DNA of 58,650 nt from Anaerolineae bacterium (GTDB lineage Bacteria; Chloroflexota; Anaerolineae; UBA1429). The notes beneath the pieces were generated by a model. It did no database searches, was not told the origin of the DNA, and was given only the letters and a program-made list of their open reading frames with translations. Shown here piece by piece: positions 45,369 through 55,042 of the stretch. The translations under genes and the position numbers were made by a program. Location: positions 1 through 58,650 of the forward strand of contig SLPC01000188.1 in assembly GCA_007132185.1 (NCBI GenBank), given 5' to 3'. How positions within the stretch are numbered: the first letter of the stretch is position 1; each line of letters starts with the position of its first letter.

Positions 45369-47465
45369 CTAGGAGAGCTCTTGGCTCTCCAGGTTGAGCC
45401 AGCGCCGTTCCCCTTCTGTGAGATAGATGCGTAGCGCCGGAAGCGCCTCGTTGATCTCACTGATGGTCTGTGGTCCGATCAGGGCAAAGCCCCGTATCGG
45501 CAAGGATAACACATAGGCCAGGGCAATCTGGGCTGGCGTGACGCCTTTGGACTCGGCTAGCTGTTGGACACGCTCCAGCCGCCGAAAGTTGTCCTCGTTG
45601 AACCAGGTGCGCACAATATTGGCAAGGGCGGGCGCATCGTGGTCCTCGGCCCGATAGCGGCCAGTAAAGAAACCGGTAGCCTGGCTGCTCCAGGCCAACA
45701 GCGGCATCTGGGTGCGCTCGTACCAGGCCAGTGACTCGGGATCCGAAGCCGAGATGCAGCGGGGCCACATCGGTTCGTTCCACCGAGCCAGGGCTAGATT
45801 TGGGCTGCTGGCCGAAAAGCCAACCAGCCCATGGGCATGCGCATAGGCGTTGGCTTCTTCGATGCGCTCGATGCTCCAGTTCGAGCCTCCATACGCCCGG
45901 ATGCGGCCGGCGCGCAGATGCTCGTTCAGGCACTCGACAAACTCGCCTGCGGGCAAGTCTGTGTTGTCGGCGTGCATCAGGTAGAGATCCACATAGTCGG
46001 TTTGCAGCTTGTACAGCGACTCGTAGAGCTGTTGGGTCAGGGTCTCGGCATCATCCTCCGGATTGCGCATCCCTTTGGCGATGACGACTAGCTCGTCGCG
46101 GATGCCACAAAGCTTGAGCCATTGGCCCACTGTCTCCTCTGAGCGATAGACGTGTGCCGTGTCCAGGGTATTGCCCCCAAGCGTGACATAATGATCCAGC
46201 AGGGCCCGCGCCAGGCGCAGCTCTCCCGGCTGAAAGACCATCGTGCCCATAATCAGCTTGGATACCGGCTTTTCGAGCCCGGGGATCTCACAATAGACCA
46301 TGGGATGATCGTCTCGACGCGCCAGGGGCCGTCCCACGGTGGGCAGCGCCAGGGCCTCGGGCTTTTCGGTATCAAAGACCAGGCCGATCTCTTTGCGCCA
46401 GGCGTCCAGTGTGAGCATGTTGCCCAGGCTATCATCCCAGGTCATGCAGGGGCTGGGGGCTTGGCGGTCGGCCAGGTGGCGGGCCACCATGTCCGCCTCG
46501 ATAGCGTACAGCGACTGGCCGCCCGTGGGAACGGTGATCTCTTCCGGCTCGGCGTCGGCACGGTTGACGATGATGCGCGCACCCTCATCGCCGCCGTGGC
46601 GCGGATCGCCCGGGAACCAGGGGTTCGGCACGATGATGTGGCCATCCGAGCCCCAGATGCGCAGCGCCGAGTCGATCCGCACTTGGATGCCGTTGGTCAG
46701 GCTGGCGATTATGTCGCCGGGGAAACGGACCGTCGCTATCGTCCATTCGTCCACCCGGTTGTCGGGGTTGATGTACCCGTGGGCCTTGAGGTCGACCTGG
46801 CTGCGGTAGCCATCATAGGCGACCACAGGGTTGGCAAAGGGGAGCCCATTGGCAGCCCCAGCCACCAGGCGCGCGATGGATGCCGTGTAGCAGCCCACAT
46901 CCATGATGCCGCCGCCCGAGGAATAGTTCTGCTGACGCACGTTTTCAGGTCGTAGCCCCTGCATGTTAAAGGCGAAATGGGCCTGGATCAGACGCACCTT
47001 GCCGATAGCACCCTCGCGGAGCAACTCGGCCAGCCGCGCGATCTGGGGATGGCAGCGGTACATGAAGGCTTCCATCAGAAAGACGTCGTGCTCGCGGGCC
47101 GCCTCGATGGCGGTCATGGCCTCGGCGCGGTTACTGGCTAGAGGCTTTTCGCAGAGAATGTGCTTGCCGGCCTCGGCGCAGCGGATAGTCCACTGGGCGT
47201 GGAGATGATTGGGGAGCGAGATGTACACCGCCTTTACATCGGGGTCGGCCAGCAGATCCTCGTAGGATCCATAGCTGGCGGGGGCGCCAAACTCGTCGGC
47301 GAACTCGGCTGCCTTTTCGGCGGTGCGGCTGGCCACCGCATATAGCCTGCCAGTCTCTGACTGGGCCAGACCTCGGGCAAAGGTATGGGCGATGTTGCCC
47401 GTCCCGAGTATCCCCCAGGCCAAGAGCTCTTGATGGTTACCAGTCTGGTCTGCGTTATCTGTCAT
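45369..47465 (-). CDS. Gfo/Idh/MocA oxidoreductase fused to an aldo/keto reductase
   Basis: N-half: WGILGTGNIA, HILCEKP, MEAFMYRCHP, GGIMDVGCY. C-half: DTAHVY, LQTDYVDLYLMH, GGSNWS, AQIALAYVL, IGPQT. Confidence 0.88.
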   Translation of the reverse strand: MTDNADQTGNHQELLAWGILGTGNIAHTFARGLAQSETGRLYAVASRTAEKAAEFADEFGAPASYGSYEDLLADPDVKAVYISLPNHLHAQWTIRCAEAGKHILCEKPLASNRAEAMTAIEAAREHDVFLMEAFMYRCHPQIARLAELLREGAIGKVRLIQAHFAFNMQGLRPENVRQQNYSSGGGIMDVGCYTASIARLVAGAANGLPFANPVVAYDGYRSQVDLKAHGYINPDNRVDEWTIATVRFPGDIIASLTNGIQVRIDSALRIWGSDGHIIVPNPWFPGDPRHGGDEGARIIVNRADAEPEEITVPTGGQSLYAIEADMVARHLADRQAPSPCMTWDDSLGNMLTLDAWRKEIGLVFDTEKPEALALPTVGRPLARRDDHPMVYCEIPGLEKPVSKLIMGTMVFQPGELRLARALLDHYVTLGGNTLDTAHVYRSEETVGQWLKLCGIRDELVVIAKGMRNPEDDAETLTQQLYESLYKLQTDYVDLYLMHADNTDLPAGEFVECLNEHLRAGRIRAYGGSNWSIERIEEANAYAHAHGLVGFSASSPNLALARWNEPMWPRCISASDPESLAWYERTQMPLLAWSSQATGFFTGRYRAEDHDAPALANIVRTWFNEDNFRRLERVQQLAESKGVTPAQIALAYVLSLPIRGFALIGPQTISEINEALPALRIYLTEGERRWLNLESQELS

Positions 47466-47552
47466 AGAGATCTTCCTTTGTACAGAATCTTGATAGTGTG
47501 CCTATCCGGCCGGCGCCGTTGCCAGCCGGTCGATCAAAGGGCCAACGCCGGC

Positions 47553-47951
47553 TCAGCCGTGCATGGCTGTGGCGTCGAACAGGATCAGACCAACCTCGGC
47601 GCGCCAGGCCACAATAGAGCCCGGTTCGAGATGTCCGATAAAGATACGGTCATCGGCCGTATGATGGGCCACAAAGTGGATATGCGGCTCGCCATTCTGG
47701 ATGCTTCCGAGCATCGAGCCTACCTCAATGGGACCCTCGGTCTCCATCTGCACGTCACCTGCCGACTCGCCATGGGCGCGGGTGATCGTGTGCATCTGCA
47801 GCACCGAAAACGAGCCAATACCCGCCGTCACCAGGCCGGTCTGGGCGCCCTCGCGGGCCAGCACATCTTTTACACAGGCAACTACGTCATCACCCCTCTC
47901 GAGAACCAGCAACAGGGTGCGCGTCTCTTGTTCCGCCGGAATCACTTGCAT
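47553..47951 (-). CDS. PPC/DUF296-domain protein
   Basis: LVLERGDDVV, AGIGS, EVGSMLGSI, HIHFV, IGHL. Confidence 0.85.
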   Translation of the reverse strand: MQVIPAEQETRTLLLVLERGDDVVACVKDVLAREGAQTGLVTAGIGSFSVLQMHTITRAHGESAGDVQMETEGPIEVGSMLGSIQNGEPHIHFVAHHTADDRIFIGHLEPGSIVAWRAEVGLILFDATAMHG

Positions 47952-47983
47952 TTTCGTTCTCCTCTTCCAAGTCAGGATCGATG

Positions 47984-48709
47984 CTATTCATCGAGCTCAG
48001 CATAGTATGACTCAACCGCCTCGATGTCAACCGTGTCATCCATCGGGATGCCCAGTCTCTCATAGAGGCTGCGTCGCCCTCGCATGTCGGCCAGCAGGAC
48101 GGCTCTGGCGTGCACGGCCACTTCTTGGGCAACATCCTGCGGCACGACGATCACACCGTCGTCATCACAGCCTACAATATCGCCAGGGTCCACCCGCACG
48201 CCGCCACAACCGACGGGGACATTGGCCTCGATCTCCATGATGCGTCCCGGAATGATCGTACGGCCCCGCCCACGGGAGCAGATGGGGGTCTTTTGCAGGG
48301 CCAACTCGTAGGTGTCTCGACACTGGCCATCGGTCACGATGCCCGCAGCGCCGGCCGTGATCAGCCCCATCGCGTTATTCGAGCCCCAGTAACCGGTCTC
48401 CCGAGCGCCGCCTGTATCGGTAACGACGACACAGCCCGGAGTGATCTGCTCGCGCAAGTTTACGGGGTTGGGGTACTTGGCATACCATCGGGCGTGGTCG
48501 GCGACAATGTCCTCCGTCGTGTCCAGCTTCCACATAGGGCGATTAGAGGGCACGCAACGGAGCGTGACCGCTGGCCCCCAGAAACGCATGCCTAGCCAGA
48601 GGGGCCGGACCTCCGGGTCCATCAGGCCAATGTCGAAATAGCCGATACCGTCCATGGCGTCGGCCACATCTACCACGCGCAGATACTTGAACAGGTCTAC
48701 TAGATTCAT
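47984..48709 (-). CDS. RraA / HMG-aldolase-like family protein
   Basis: DVADAMD, GPAVTLR, WGSNNA, VTDGQCRD, VDPGDIVGCDDDGVIVVP. ATG at 48709 after GGAGG. Confidence 0.88.
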   Translation of the reverse strand: MNLVDLFKYLRVVDVADAMDGIGYFDIGLMDPEVRPLWLGMRFWGPAVTLRCVPSNRPMWKLDTTEDIVADHARWYAKYPNPVNLREQITPGCVVVTDTGGARETGYWGSNNAMGLITAGAAGIVTDGQCRDTYELALQKTPICSRGRGRTIIPGRIMEIEANVPVGCGGVRVDPGDIVGCDDDGVIVVPQDVAQEVAVHARAVLLADMRGRRSLYERLGIPMDDTVDIEAVESYYAELDE

Positions 48710-49201
48710 CGCGATCCTCCAGCGATTGTTGAGGCCGGTTGGCCTCGTCTCCCGACGGGACCGGCCCTGTTTCTGCAGGCAGACACATTGTAGCATATGG
48801 GCGGCAACTCTCAAGCGCCGGACCAGATCCCGCAGGCGGTCAACGTCGCAAATACTCTACGCTCGCTGGGGCAGATGCGGGGTATGCGTTATGATGGGGT
48901 TGTCGAATATCATGCTATTCAGACAGGAGACGCCATGGCATCCGCGAGGATGCTCGAATCCACCAAGGTCTCTTTGGCGAGCAGCATCGGCGGCTCGCGA
49001 CGAGTCCCTCTGTGACTGAAAGCAGCAGCAGACGGGTGCATGCTATGGCCTGTGGTGGCGAGGGCATGCCGCATTATCCAGGGTATCGCGCTCTGGTTCG
49101 CATACTTTTGGTTGCGCGCAATTTCTGGCACACGATAGCTCACTCTGGTACAATCCCCACACAGGTTGTCTTGCGCCGCTATGGTCAGAGGAGCGACACA
49201 A

Positions 49202-50473
49202 ATGAAAGTAGCAGTCATTGGTGGGGGTTCAACCTATACCCCGGAGCTGGTTAATGGGTTCATCGCCGAGGCCGAGACGCTCGGCCTGCGTGAGGTCTGG
49301 CTGATGGACATTGATCGGGACCGACTGGATATCGTAGGCGGTTTTGCCTGGCGCATGGTCGAGGCGGCCGGCCGGCCTTTTGAACTCAATCTGACGACAG
49401 ACCGCTCGGCAGCTTTGCAGGACGCCAGCTTTGTGGAGACGCAGATCCGCGTGGGTGGGATGCGCGCCCGCCTGGCCGATGAGGAGCTGGGCATGCGGTG
49501 GGACCTGATAGGCCAGGAGACCACCGGCGTGGGCGGCATGGCCAAGGCCCTGCGCACGGTGCCGGTCATTCTGGAGGTGGCGCGGGACATGCATCGGCTC
49601 TGTCCTGACGCCTGGCTGATCAACTTTGCCAACCCAAGCGGCCTGGTCACCGAGGCTCTGCAGCGCTATGTGCCCGATATCCGCTCGGTGGGCCTGTGCA
49701 ACAGCCCCATCGGCTATCAGATGCGCATCGCTCGCGAGTTTGATGTGGACGCACGCCAGGTGGATCTGGACTATCTGGGACTGAACCATTTGGCCTGGGT
49801 GCGCGGCACTCATATTGCGGGGCGCGATGTCTGGCCCGAGGTGTTCAGCGAGTTTCTAGATCGGCTGGACTTGGAGGCCAAACCCTTCTGCCCGCCCTAT
49901 CTGGCCCGGGCGCTGGGCGCGATGCCCTCGTCCTATTTGCGCTACTATTACCAGACCGCCGCCGTGGTAGAGTCACAGCGCACGAGTACCCCTCGGGCGC
50001 GACAGGTGATCGACATCGAACGGCAGACCCTGGAGCGCTATGCAGACCCGGACCTTGACACACTGCCGCCCGAGCTGATGGAGCGCGGAGGTGCCTACTA
50101 TTCCACCGCGGCTGTGCAGCTCATGCTGGCGCTGCAGCGATCCGAGAGTGAGATTCACATTGTGAACACCCGCGTGGGTGATGCCGTCAAGGGTTGGCCC
50201 AGCGACTGGGTGGGCGAGTTGCCCTGCCGCGTGAGCAAGGAGGGAGTGCATCCGCTTCCTATCGAGCCATTGTCCACCATGTCCGATGGTCTGGTCCGTG
50301 TCGTCAAGGCGTACGAGCTCTTGACCGCCGACGCTGCGGTGACGGGCAGCCAGGAGGCGGCCCTGCAGGCGCTGGCGCTCCATCCATTGGGCCCCGGCGC
50401 CGAGCGGGCACCCGCCGTGCTGGATGATATGCTGCGTACCCACGCCTCTTTTTTGGAATACATGACGGAGTGA
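49202..50473 (+). CDS. GH4 6-phospho-beta-glucosidase
   Basis: KVAVIGGGSTYTPEL, QIRVGG, GQETTGVGG, INFANP, GLCN, GLNHL, RGGAYYS. Extended -10 TGGTACAAT upstream. Confidence 0.92.
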   Translation: MKVAVIGGGSTYTPELVNGFIAEAETLGLREVWLMDIDRDRLDIVGGFAWRMVEAAGRPFELNLTTDRSAALQDASFVETQIRVGGMRARLADEELGMRWDLIGQETTGVGGMAKALRTVPVILEVARDMHRLCPDAWLINFANPSGLVTEALQRYVPDIRSVGLCNSPIGYQMRIAREFDVDARQVDLDYLGLNHLAWVRGTHIAGRDVWPEVFSEFLDRLDLEAKPFCPPYLARALGAMPSSYLRYYYQTAAVVESQRTSTPRARQVIDIERQTLERYADPDLDTLPPELMERGGAYYSTAAVQLMLALQRSESEIHIVNTRVGDAVKGWPSDWVGELPCRVSKEGVHPLPIEPLSTMSDGLVRVVKAYELLTADAAVTGSQEAALQALALHPLGPGAERAPAVLDDMLRTHASFLEYMTE

Positions 50474-51468
50474 ACTTGATGTCAATGGACGCTTTGTACC
50501 TGGGGATGGATGCGGGCGCGACCAAGACACACGCGCTCATCGCCGATGGAGCGGGACACGTACGCGGCGTGGGTGCCGCGGGCCCCGGCAACTGGGAGGG
50601 CGTCGGCCTGGATGGCGCCCTGGCGGCCTATCAGGACGCCCTGAATCAGGCACTGGCCGAGGCCGGGCTGACCGCTGAGCAGCTTGCCGGCGGTGGGTTT
50701 GGCCTGGCCGGGTTCGATTGGCCCAGCGATCGCGAACGACTCGGTCCGGTGCTCGAGCAATTGGGCGTGCCAGACCCCCGCGTGCTAGTGAACGACACGG
50801 ATGTAGCGCTGCGGGCTGGCGCCGAAGATGGCGTGGGCATCGTGATCATTGCAGGGACCGGCACCACCGTCGCGGGGTGTAACGCCCAGGGCGAGCGCTG
50901 GCGCACCTTTGGAGAGGGCGTTGAAATGGGCGATATCGGTGGCGCGGCGGACATTGCCCGCCTGGCGCTGCGGGCCGTGGCGCGGGCCTATACGGGGGCC
51001 GGCCCCGAGACCGCCCTCACGCAAGTGTATGTCCAGCAGTATGGCGCTTCATCGGCCATCGAGATGCTGGAGTGGATTGTCCGCGGCCAGGCGCCCCGGC
51101 CCCACGGCGCGTTGGCGCCCCATGTGTTTACCGCCGCCGAGGCGGGCGATCCCGTGGCTCAGAGCATCATCCGCGAGGTGGGCGCGGCACTGGGTGGTAA
51201 TGCCGCTGCCGTCGCCCGTCGCCTGGGCATGGAGGCAGAGACCTTTCCCGTGGTACTGGCCGGGGGCGTCTTTCGCTCTCGCAGCGCAACGCTGGTGGGA
51301 GCCATCATGGCCCCGATCCGCGCAGTGGCCCCGCATGCCCATCCCCGCATCCTCGAGACGCTCCCCGTCGTCGGGGGCGTCCTGTTGGCTATGGAGGCAA
51401 CCGGCGTGGATGTAGCGCCTGAGGTGCACCGCCGCCTAGCCGAGGAGGTGCAAGAGCGGCTGGGGTAA
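50470..51468 (+). CDS. BadF/BadG/BcrA/BcrD-type sugar kinase (N-acetylglucosamine kinase-like)
   Basis: LGMDAGATKT, GLAGFD, VNDTDVAL, IAGTG, GDIGG, LAGGVF; overlaps the GH4 stop. Confidence 0.88.
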   Translation: MNLMSMDALYLGMDAGATKTHALIADGAGHVRGVGAAGPGNWEGVGLDGALAAYQDALNQALAEAGLTAEQLAGGGFGLAGFDWPSDRERLGPVLEQLGVPDPRVLVNDTDVALRAGAEDGVGIVIIAGTGTTVAGCNAQGERWRTFGEGVEMGDIGGAADIARLALRAVARAYTGAGPETALTQVYVQQYGASSAIEMLEWIVRGQAPRPHGALAPHVFTAAEAGDPVAQSIIREVGAALGGNAAAVARRLGMEAETFPVVLAGGVFRSRSATLVGAIMAPIRAVAPHAHPRILETLPVVGGVLLAMEATGVDVAPEVHRRLAEEVQERLG

Positions 51469-51481
51469 AAGAAGAGGTTAT

Positions 51482-51658
51482 ATGAGGCTATACGCCGTGG
51501 ACGCTTCAGGTCAGTTTACGGAGTACGCTGTAGAGCCCTTTGCCGAATCGTACCGGGAAAAGCTCATCGAGTCCTGGTTGGAGAGTCCTCCGATGGCCGT
51601 CCTGGAAGATACAGGCGTTAGCCGAGGCCGTTCAGGCGTTGAGCGTGGACGAGGATGA
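51482..51658 (+). pseudogene. Truncated 5' fragment resembling a NucS/DUF91-like endonuclease gene
   Basis: Translated by hand, 58 aa after SD AAGAGG: MRLYAVDASGQFTEYAVEPFAESYREKLIESWLESPPMAVLED followed by junk and a stop. E..IE.WLE..P..LE resembles the segment preceding the PD-(D/E)xK core, which is missing here. Confidence 0.45.
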
Positions 51659-51701
51659 TGGTCGCGGGCCATAGAGTGATAGACCGGTCAAAGGGCGGCT
51701 G

Positions 51702-52163
51702 TTAGCCCCGTGCCTTTCCCGTCACTTCGTCCAACTTGACACGCACTACCACCGTGTGCGCCAGTTGCTCTGGGCGGAACGACCAGGCCCGCTCCTCGCC
51801 GGCGTACTGGGCCATGATCTGTGCCAGGGCATGATGTTTGGCCGCCTCGTCCGTCAACTCCTGCGCCATGCCGAATGCGATGACGCTCTTATAGGCCATG
51901 CCCCAGCCACAGGCTTCAGGGGCCGGGAGGATGTCGCCGAGAAGGTCCCATTCGAGACAAACCCGCGGGTTGGCTCGCAGCCAATCCAGCTTTTTGCCCT
52001 CCGTCGCCATGTGTAGATAGACCGCCGCACCATCATAGCCAAAGCAGAGAGGCACCACGTAGGGCTCGCCGTCGCACACCAGGCCCATCCGGCACACCCG
52101 GCTCTTCCAGATGATCTCGTCGATCTGCGCCCGCTCGGTGATCTGCCTGTCGGTTCTGCGCAT
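51702..52163 (-). CDS. Pyridoxamine 5'-phosphate oxidase-like flavin-binding protein (NimA-like)
   Basis: MRRTDRQIT, PYVVPLCFGY, YLHMATEGKKL, NPRVC, YKSVIAFG, VTGK. Confidence 0.88.
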   Translation of the reverse strand: MRRTDRQITERAQIDEIIWKSRVCRMGLVCDGEPYVVPLCFGYDGAAVYLHMATEGKKLDWLRANPRVCLEWDLLGDILPAPEACGWGMAYKSVIAFGMAQELTDEAAKHHALAQIMAQYAGEERAWSFRPEQLAHTVVVRVKLDEVTGKARG

Positions 52164-52170
52164 GGCTCTC

Positions 52171-54807
52171 CTAGGAGGAACGCAACTGGGGGTTCAGGAT
52201 CTTTTCCAGGGCATAGCCCACCATGGCAAAGCTCAGGCCCAGCGCCAACAGGATCACGCCCGGCACCAGGACCAGGTGATAGGGGCCGTGGTAAACGTTG
52301 TTGGCAAAGGCCGAGTGTACCAGCCTCCCCCAGGTAGGCAGGCGCGGGTCGCTCATGCCCAGAAACGCCAGCGCCGCCTCCAAAAAGACAAAGGCGGGGA
52401 TCAGGGTGATGAACTGGGGCACCAGCACCGATGAGAGCCGCGGTAGCAGATAGCTGCCGATGATGCGGCGATTGCTGGCACCATACGCCCGGGCCGCTTC
52501 TACATAGGGCGCCTCTTTGATCTGCACGAACGCAGCACGATAGCCCTTGAGACCAGTGCCAAAGATGCTCAGCAAGACCGTGACCCCCAGGATGGCCCAG
52601 ATGCTCTTGGAGTAGAGGGTAAAGATCATCAGGCTGACGGGCAAAAAGGGCAGCACCATATTGACCTCGGTGATGCGCTGGATAAGCTGGTCCACCCAGC
52701 CGCCAAACCAGGCCCCCGTCGCTGCCAGCACCATGGTGACCAACGTGGTGCTGGCGGCCGCCGATATGCCAAAGGCCAGCGCCACAAAGGTGCCCCACAG
52801 CACCGCGACCATTAGGTCGCGGCGACGCCCGTCGGTACCGGCCAGACCGTGCACCTCTCCAAACACCACAAGCTCTGCGTCCAGCTCGGCGCCCTCGTTG
52901 AACAGTCGCGCATCCACGTGCAGCTCGTAGCGCCCCTGCAGAGGACGGTCGCCATCGGCTGGATCGGCAAACAGGGCCTGTTGCGGTGCCACGCCACCCA
53001 GCCGCCGTAAAAGGCGTTCGTCACCGGCGAAACGATACGTCTCGCCATGGCGTACGCCCAGGTCTGCGATGCGGATCTCGCGTCCATCGGGCGTATGCCA
53101 CGTCATCATGACGTGGGGCGGTTGCGTGGTGTGGCGCGTATAGAAGAAGAGGGTCAACTCCTGGGGCAAGCGATCAAAGGTGTAGTCAAAGGTATATACC
53201 AGCAGCAGGTCTTGCACGCCATCGGGCAACTCGCGTATTTCGCGGGATGCGAACCCCTCGCGGCTGTCCATCACCAGCGTGTGGGGGAGGGCGTCCCGCG
53301 TGAAAACGTCCAACCAGGCCGGCGCTGCATTCTGCGGATGTCGGTACCAGGTCTCCCGATCGCCGCGCCACAGCGCTACCGCCTGCTCATAGGGGATGGC
53401 AATCACGGCATAGAGGGCCATCCCCACAAAAAAGGTGATAACCACGAGCCCCATGACAGCGGCCGGATAGGCGCGCAATTCCTGCCATAGCTCGCCAAGG
53501 CGTCGCTTGCTCTGGTCCAGAGCCCCCGTTACCCGCATTGGCGTTTCTCGCAGGTACCTCACAACCCTGGGCACGAGATCAAGGCGTCCAAATCGTGCCT
53601 TGAGAGATCGAGGCAGCTGACGCATGCTACCACGCGGTCGGTGGGCGCGCCGGTCACGGGCTGCCCTATGCCTCATGGTGGCCTCGCCTCCCACGCGTAC
53701 TCGCGGATCGACCAGGACATAGGCAATGTCCAACAGGAATACTGTGATGGCCAGGAGATAGGCAAAGACGACGACGATGGCCAGGACCACGGGGATATCG
53801 AATCGTCGTAGGGCGATCACAAACAACCTGCCGATGCCCTCTACGTTGAAAAAGTACTCGAGGATGATCACCTCTTGCCACAGCGCCGTCAACAGCAGGG
53901 CAAAGTGCGTCAATACGGAGGGAAGCGCCGGGCGCAAGATATAGCGTCGTTCGATGTCACGGTCGGATAGCCCCTTGGCACGGGCCATTTCTGCATAGTC
54001 TTCATTGCGATAGAGGAGAAAAAAGGTACGCCAGATATAGATGCTCTGAAAGAGTTTGCTCAGGAAGATGGCCAGGATCGGCACGAGCATGTACTGCAGG
54101 ATCATCAGCACATAGGACCACTGAAAGGTGTCGGGCCAGCCCGAGAACCGGGCGGTAACAAAGCCAAACCCTGGTATCTGCAGGGCCAGCACGGTCAGCA
54201 AGATACCATACACCCAGGGCGGCGCCGATGACAGCGGTGTGAGAACTGCAACGACACGATCGACCCAGCCGCCATACCGCCGGGTCATGCCCAGGCCGAG
54301 GGCTATGCTGGTGAGGAACAGGAGCAGATTGGCCGAGCCGAATAGCAGGAGCGTGCGTGGCAAGGTATCGAGTACCAGGAAACGAACATCGTTGGTGGGC
54401 TGGCCACGAAACTGGATCTGCGGCATGCGCCTAGCGGGTCCCCATCGCAGGGTAAGGGCGCGATCGAGCCATCGGACGCTGCGCAAGAGCAGTGGCTGGT
54501 TGAGGCCCTGGGCCTCTTCCATCGCCAGCACGGCCTGCTCCATGATCTCGTTCCGCTGCTCGGCGGGAACATCGTCGAGCCAGCCTCCCAGCCGCATAAA
54601 AGCGATCCCGACTCGGATCTCGCTCCGGATGATCTCGTCGACAAAGCCGCCCATGTTGGCCACAAAGATCGTGGCGGACACCGCGATCGCGACCATGACT
54701 GCCAGGGTCAACAGGCGTACGGTCAAATAGCCGCTGGCTCTGAGCCACGGGCTTTGGGCTTTCGATACAGCGCTTGGTTCCGGGAGGCTTGTTTCTTGAT
54801 GCGCCAT
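52171..54807 (-). CDS. Fused OppB/DppB + OppC/DppC ABC transporter permease
   Basis: First EAA loop EDYAEMARAKGL ending LVDPRVR. The second half has GTDGRRRDL, PYVEAARAYGAS, LGMSDP..PTWG and ILNPQLR, all in one 878-aa ORF. Confidence 0.88.
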   Translation of the reverse strand: MAHQETSLPEPSAVSKAQSPWLRASGYLTVRLLTLAVMVAIAVSATIFVANMGGFVDEIIRSEIRVGIAFMRLGGWLDDVPAEQRNEIMEQAVLAMEEAQGLNQPLLLRSVRWLDRALTLRWGPARRMPQIQFRGQPTNDVRFLVLDTLPRTLLLFGSANLLLFLTSIALGLGMTRRYGGWVDRVVAVLTPLSSAPPWVYGILLTVLALQIPGFGFVTARFSGWPDTFQWSYVLMILQYMLVPILAIFLSKLFQSIYIWRTFFLLYRNEDYAEMARAKGLSDRDIERRYILRPALPSVLTHFALLLTALWQEVIILEYFFNVEGIGRLFVIALRRFDIPVVLAIVVVFAYLLAITVFLLDIAYVLVDPRVRVGGEATMRHRAARDRRAHRPRGSMRQLPRSLKARFGRLDLVPRVVRYLRETPMRVTGALDQSKRRLGELWQELRAYPAAVMGLVVITFFVGMALYAVIAIPYEQAVALWRGDRETWYRHPQNAAPAWLDVFTRDALPHTLVMDSREGFASREIRELPDGVQDLLLVYTFDYTFDRLPQELTLFFYTRHTTQPPHVMMTWHTPDGREIRIADLGVRHGETYRFAGDERLLRRLGGVAPQQALFADPADGDRPLQGRYELHVDARLFNEGAELDAELVVFGEVHGLAGTDGRRRDLMVAVLWGTFVALAFGISAAASTTLVTMVLAATGAWFGGWVDQLIQRITEVNMVLPFLPVSLMIFTLYSKSIWAILGVTVLLSIFGTGLKGYRAAFVQIKEAPYVEAARAYGASNRRIIGSYLLPRLSSVLVPQFITLIPAFVFLEAALAFLGMSDPRLPTWGRLVHSAFANNVYHGPYHLVLVPGVILLALGLSFAMVGYALEKILNPQLRSS

Positions 54808-55042
54808 CTCTACTCTCGCTCACCTCGTCCTTCATTGCGGTGGATTATAGCCCCCTATGCCACAAGATCCTAACCCTGGCTGAGCAGAGCTCGCGCACAC
54901 CTGGCCATCTGGGGGATAGAGAGATCATCCCAGAAGGGTGGTCACAGACTGGCCGCATGCGTGACGCGTCTCATGAGGGAGAGCTGTATCCTGAGGGTGC
55001 AACGTTAGGAGACGGTTTTGTATCAGAGCAAGGGAGTCAGAG

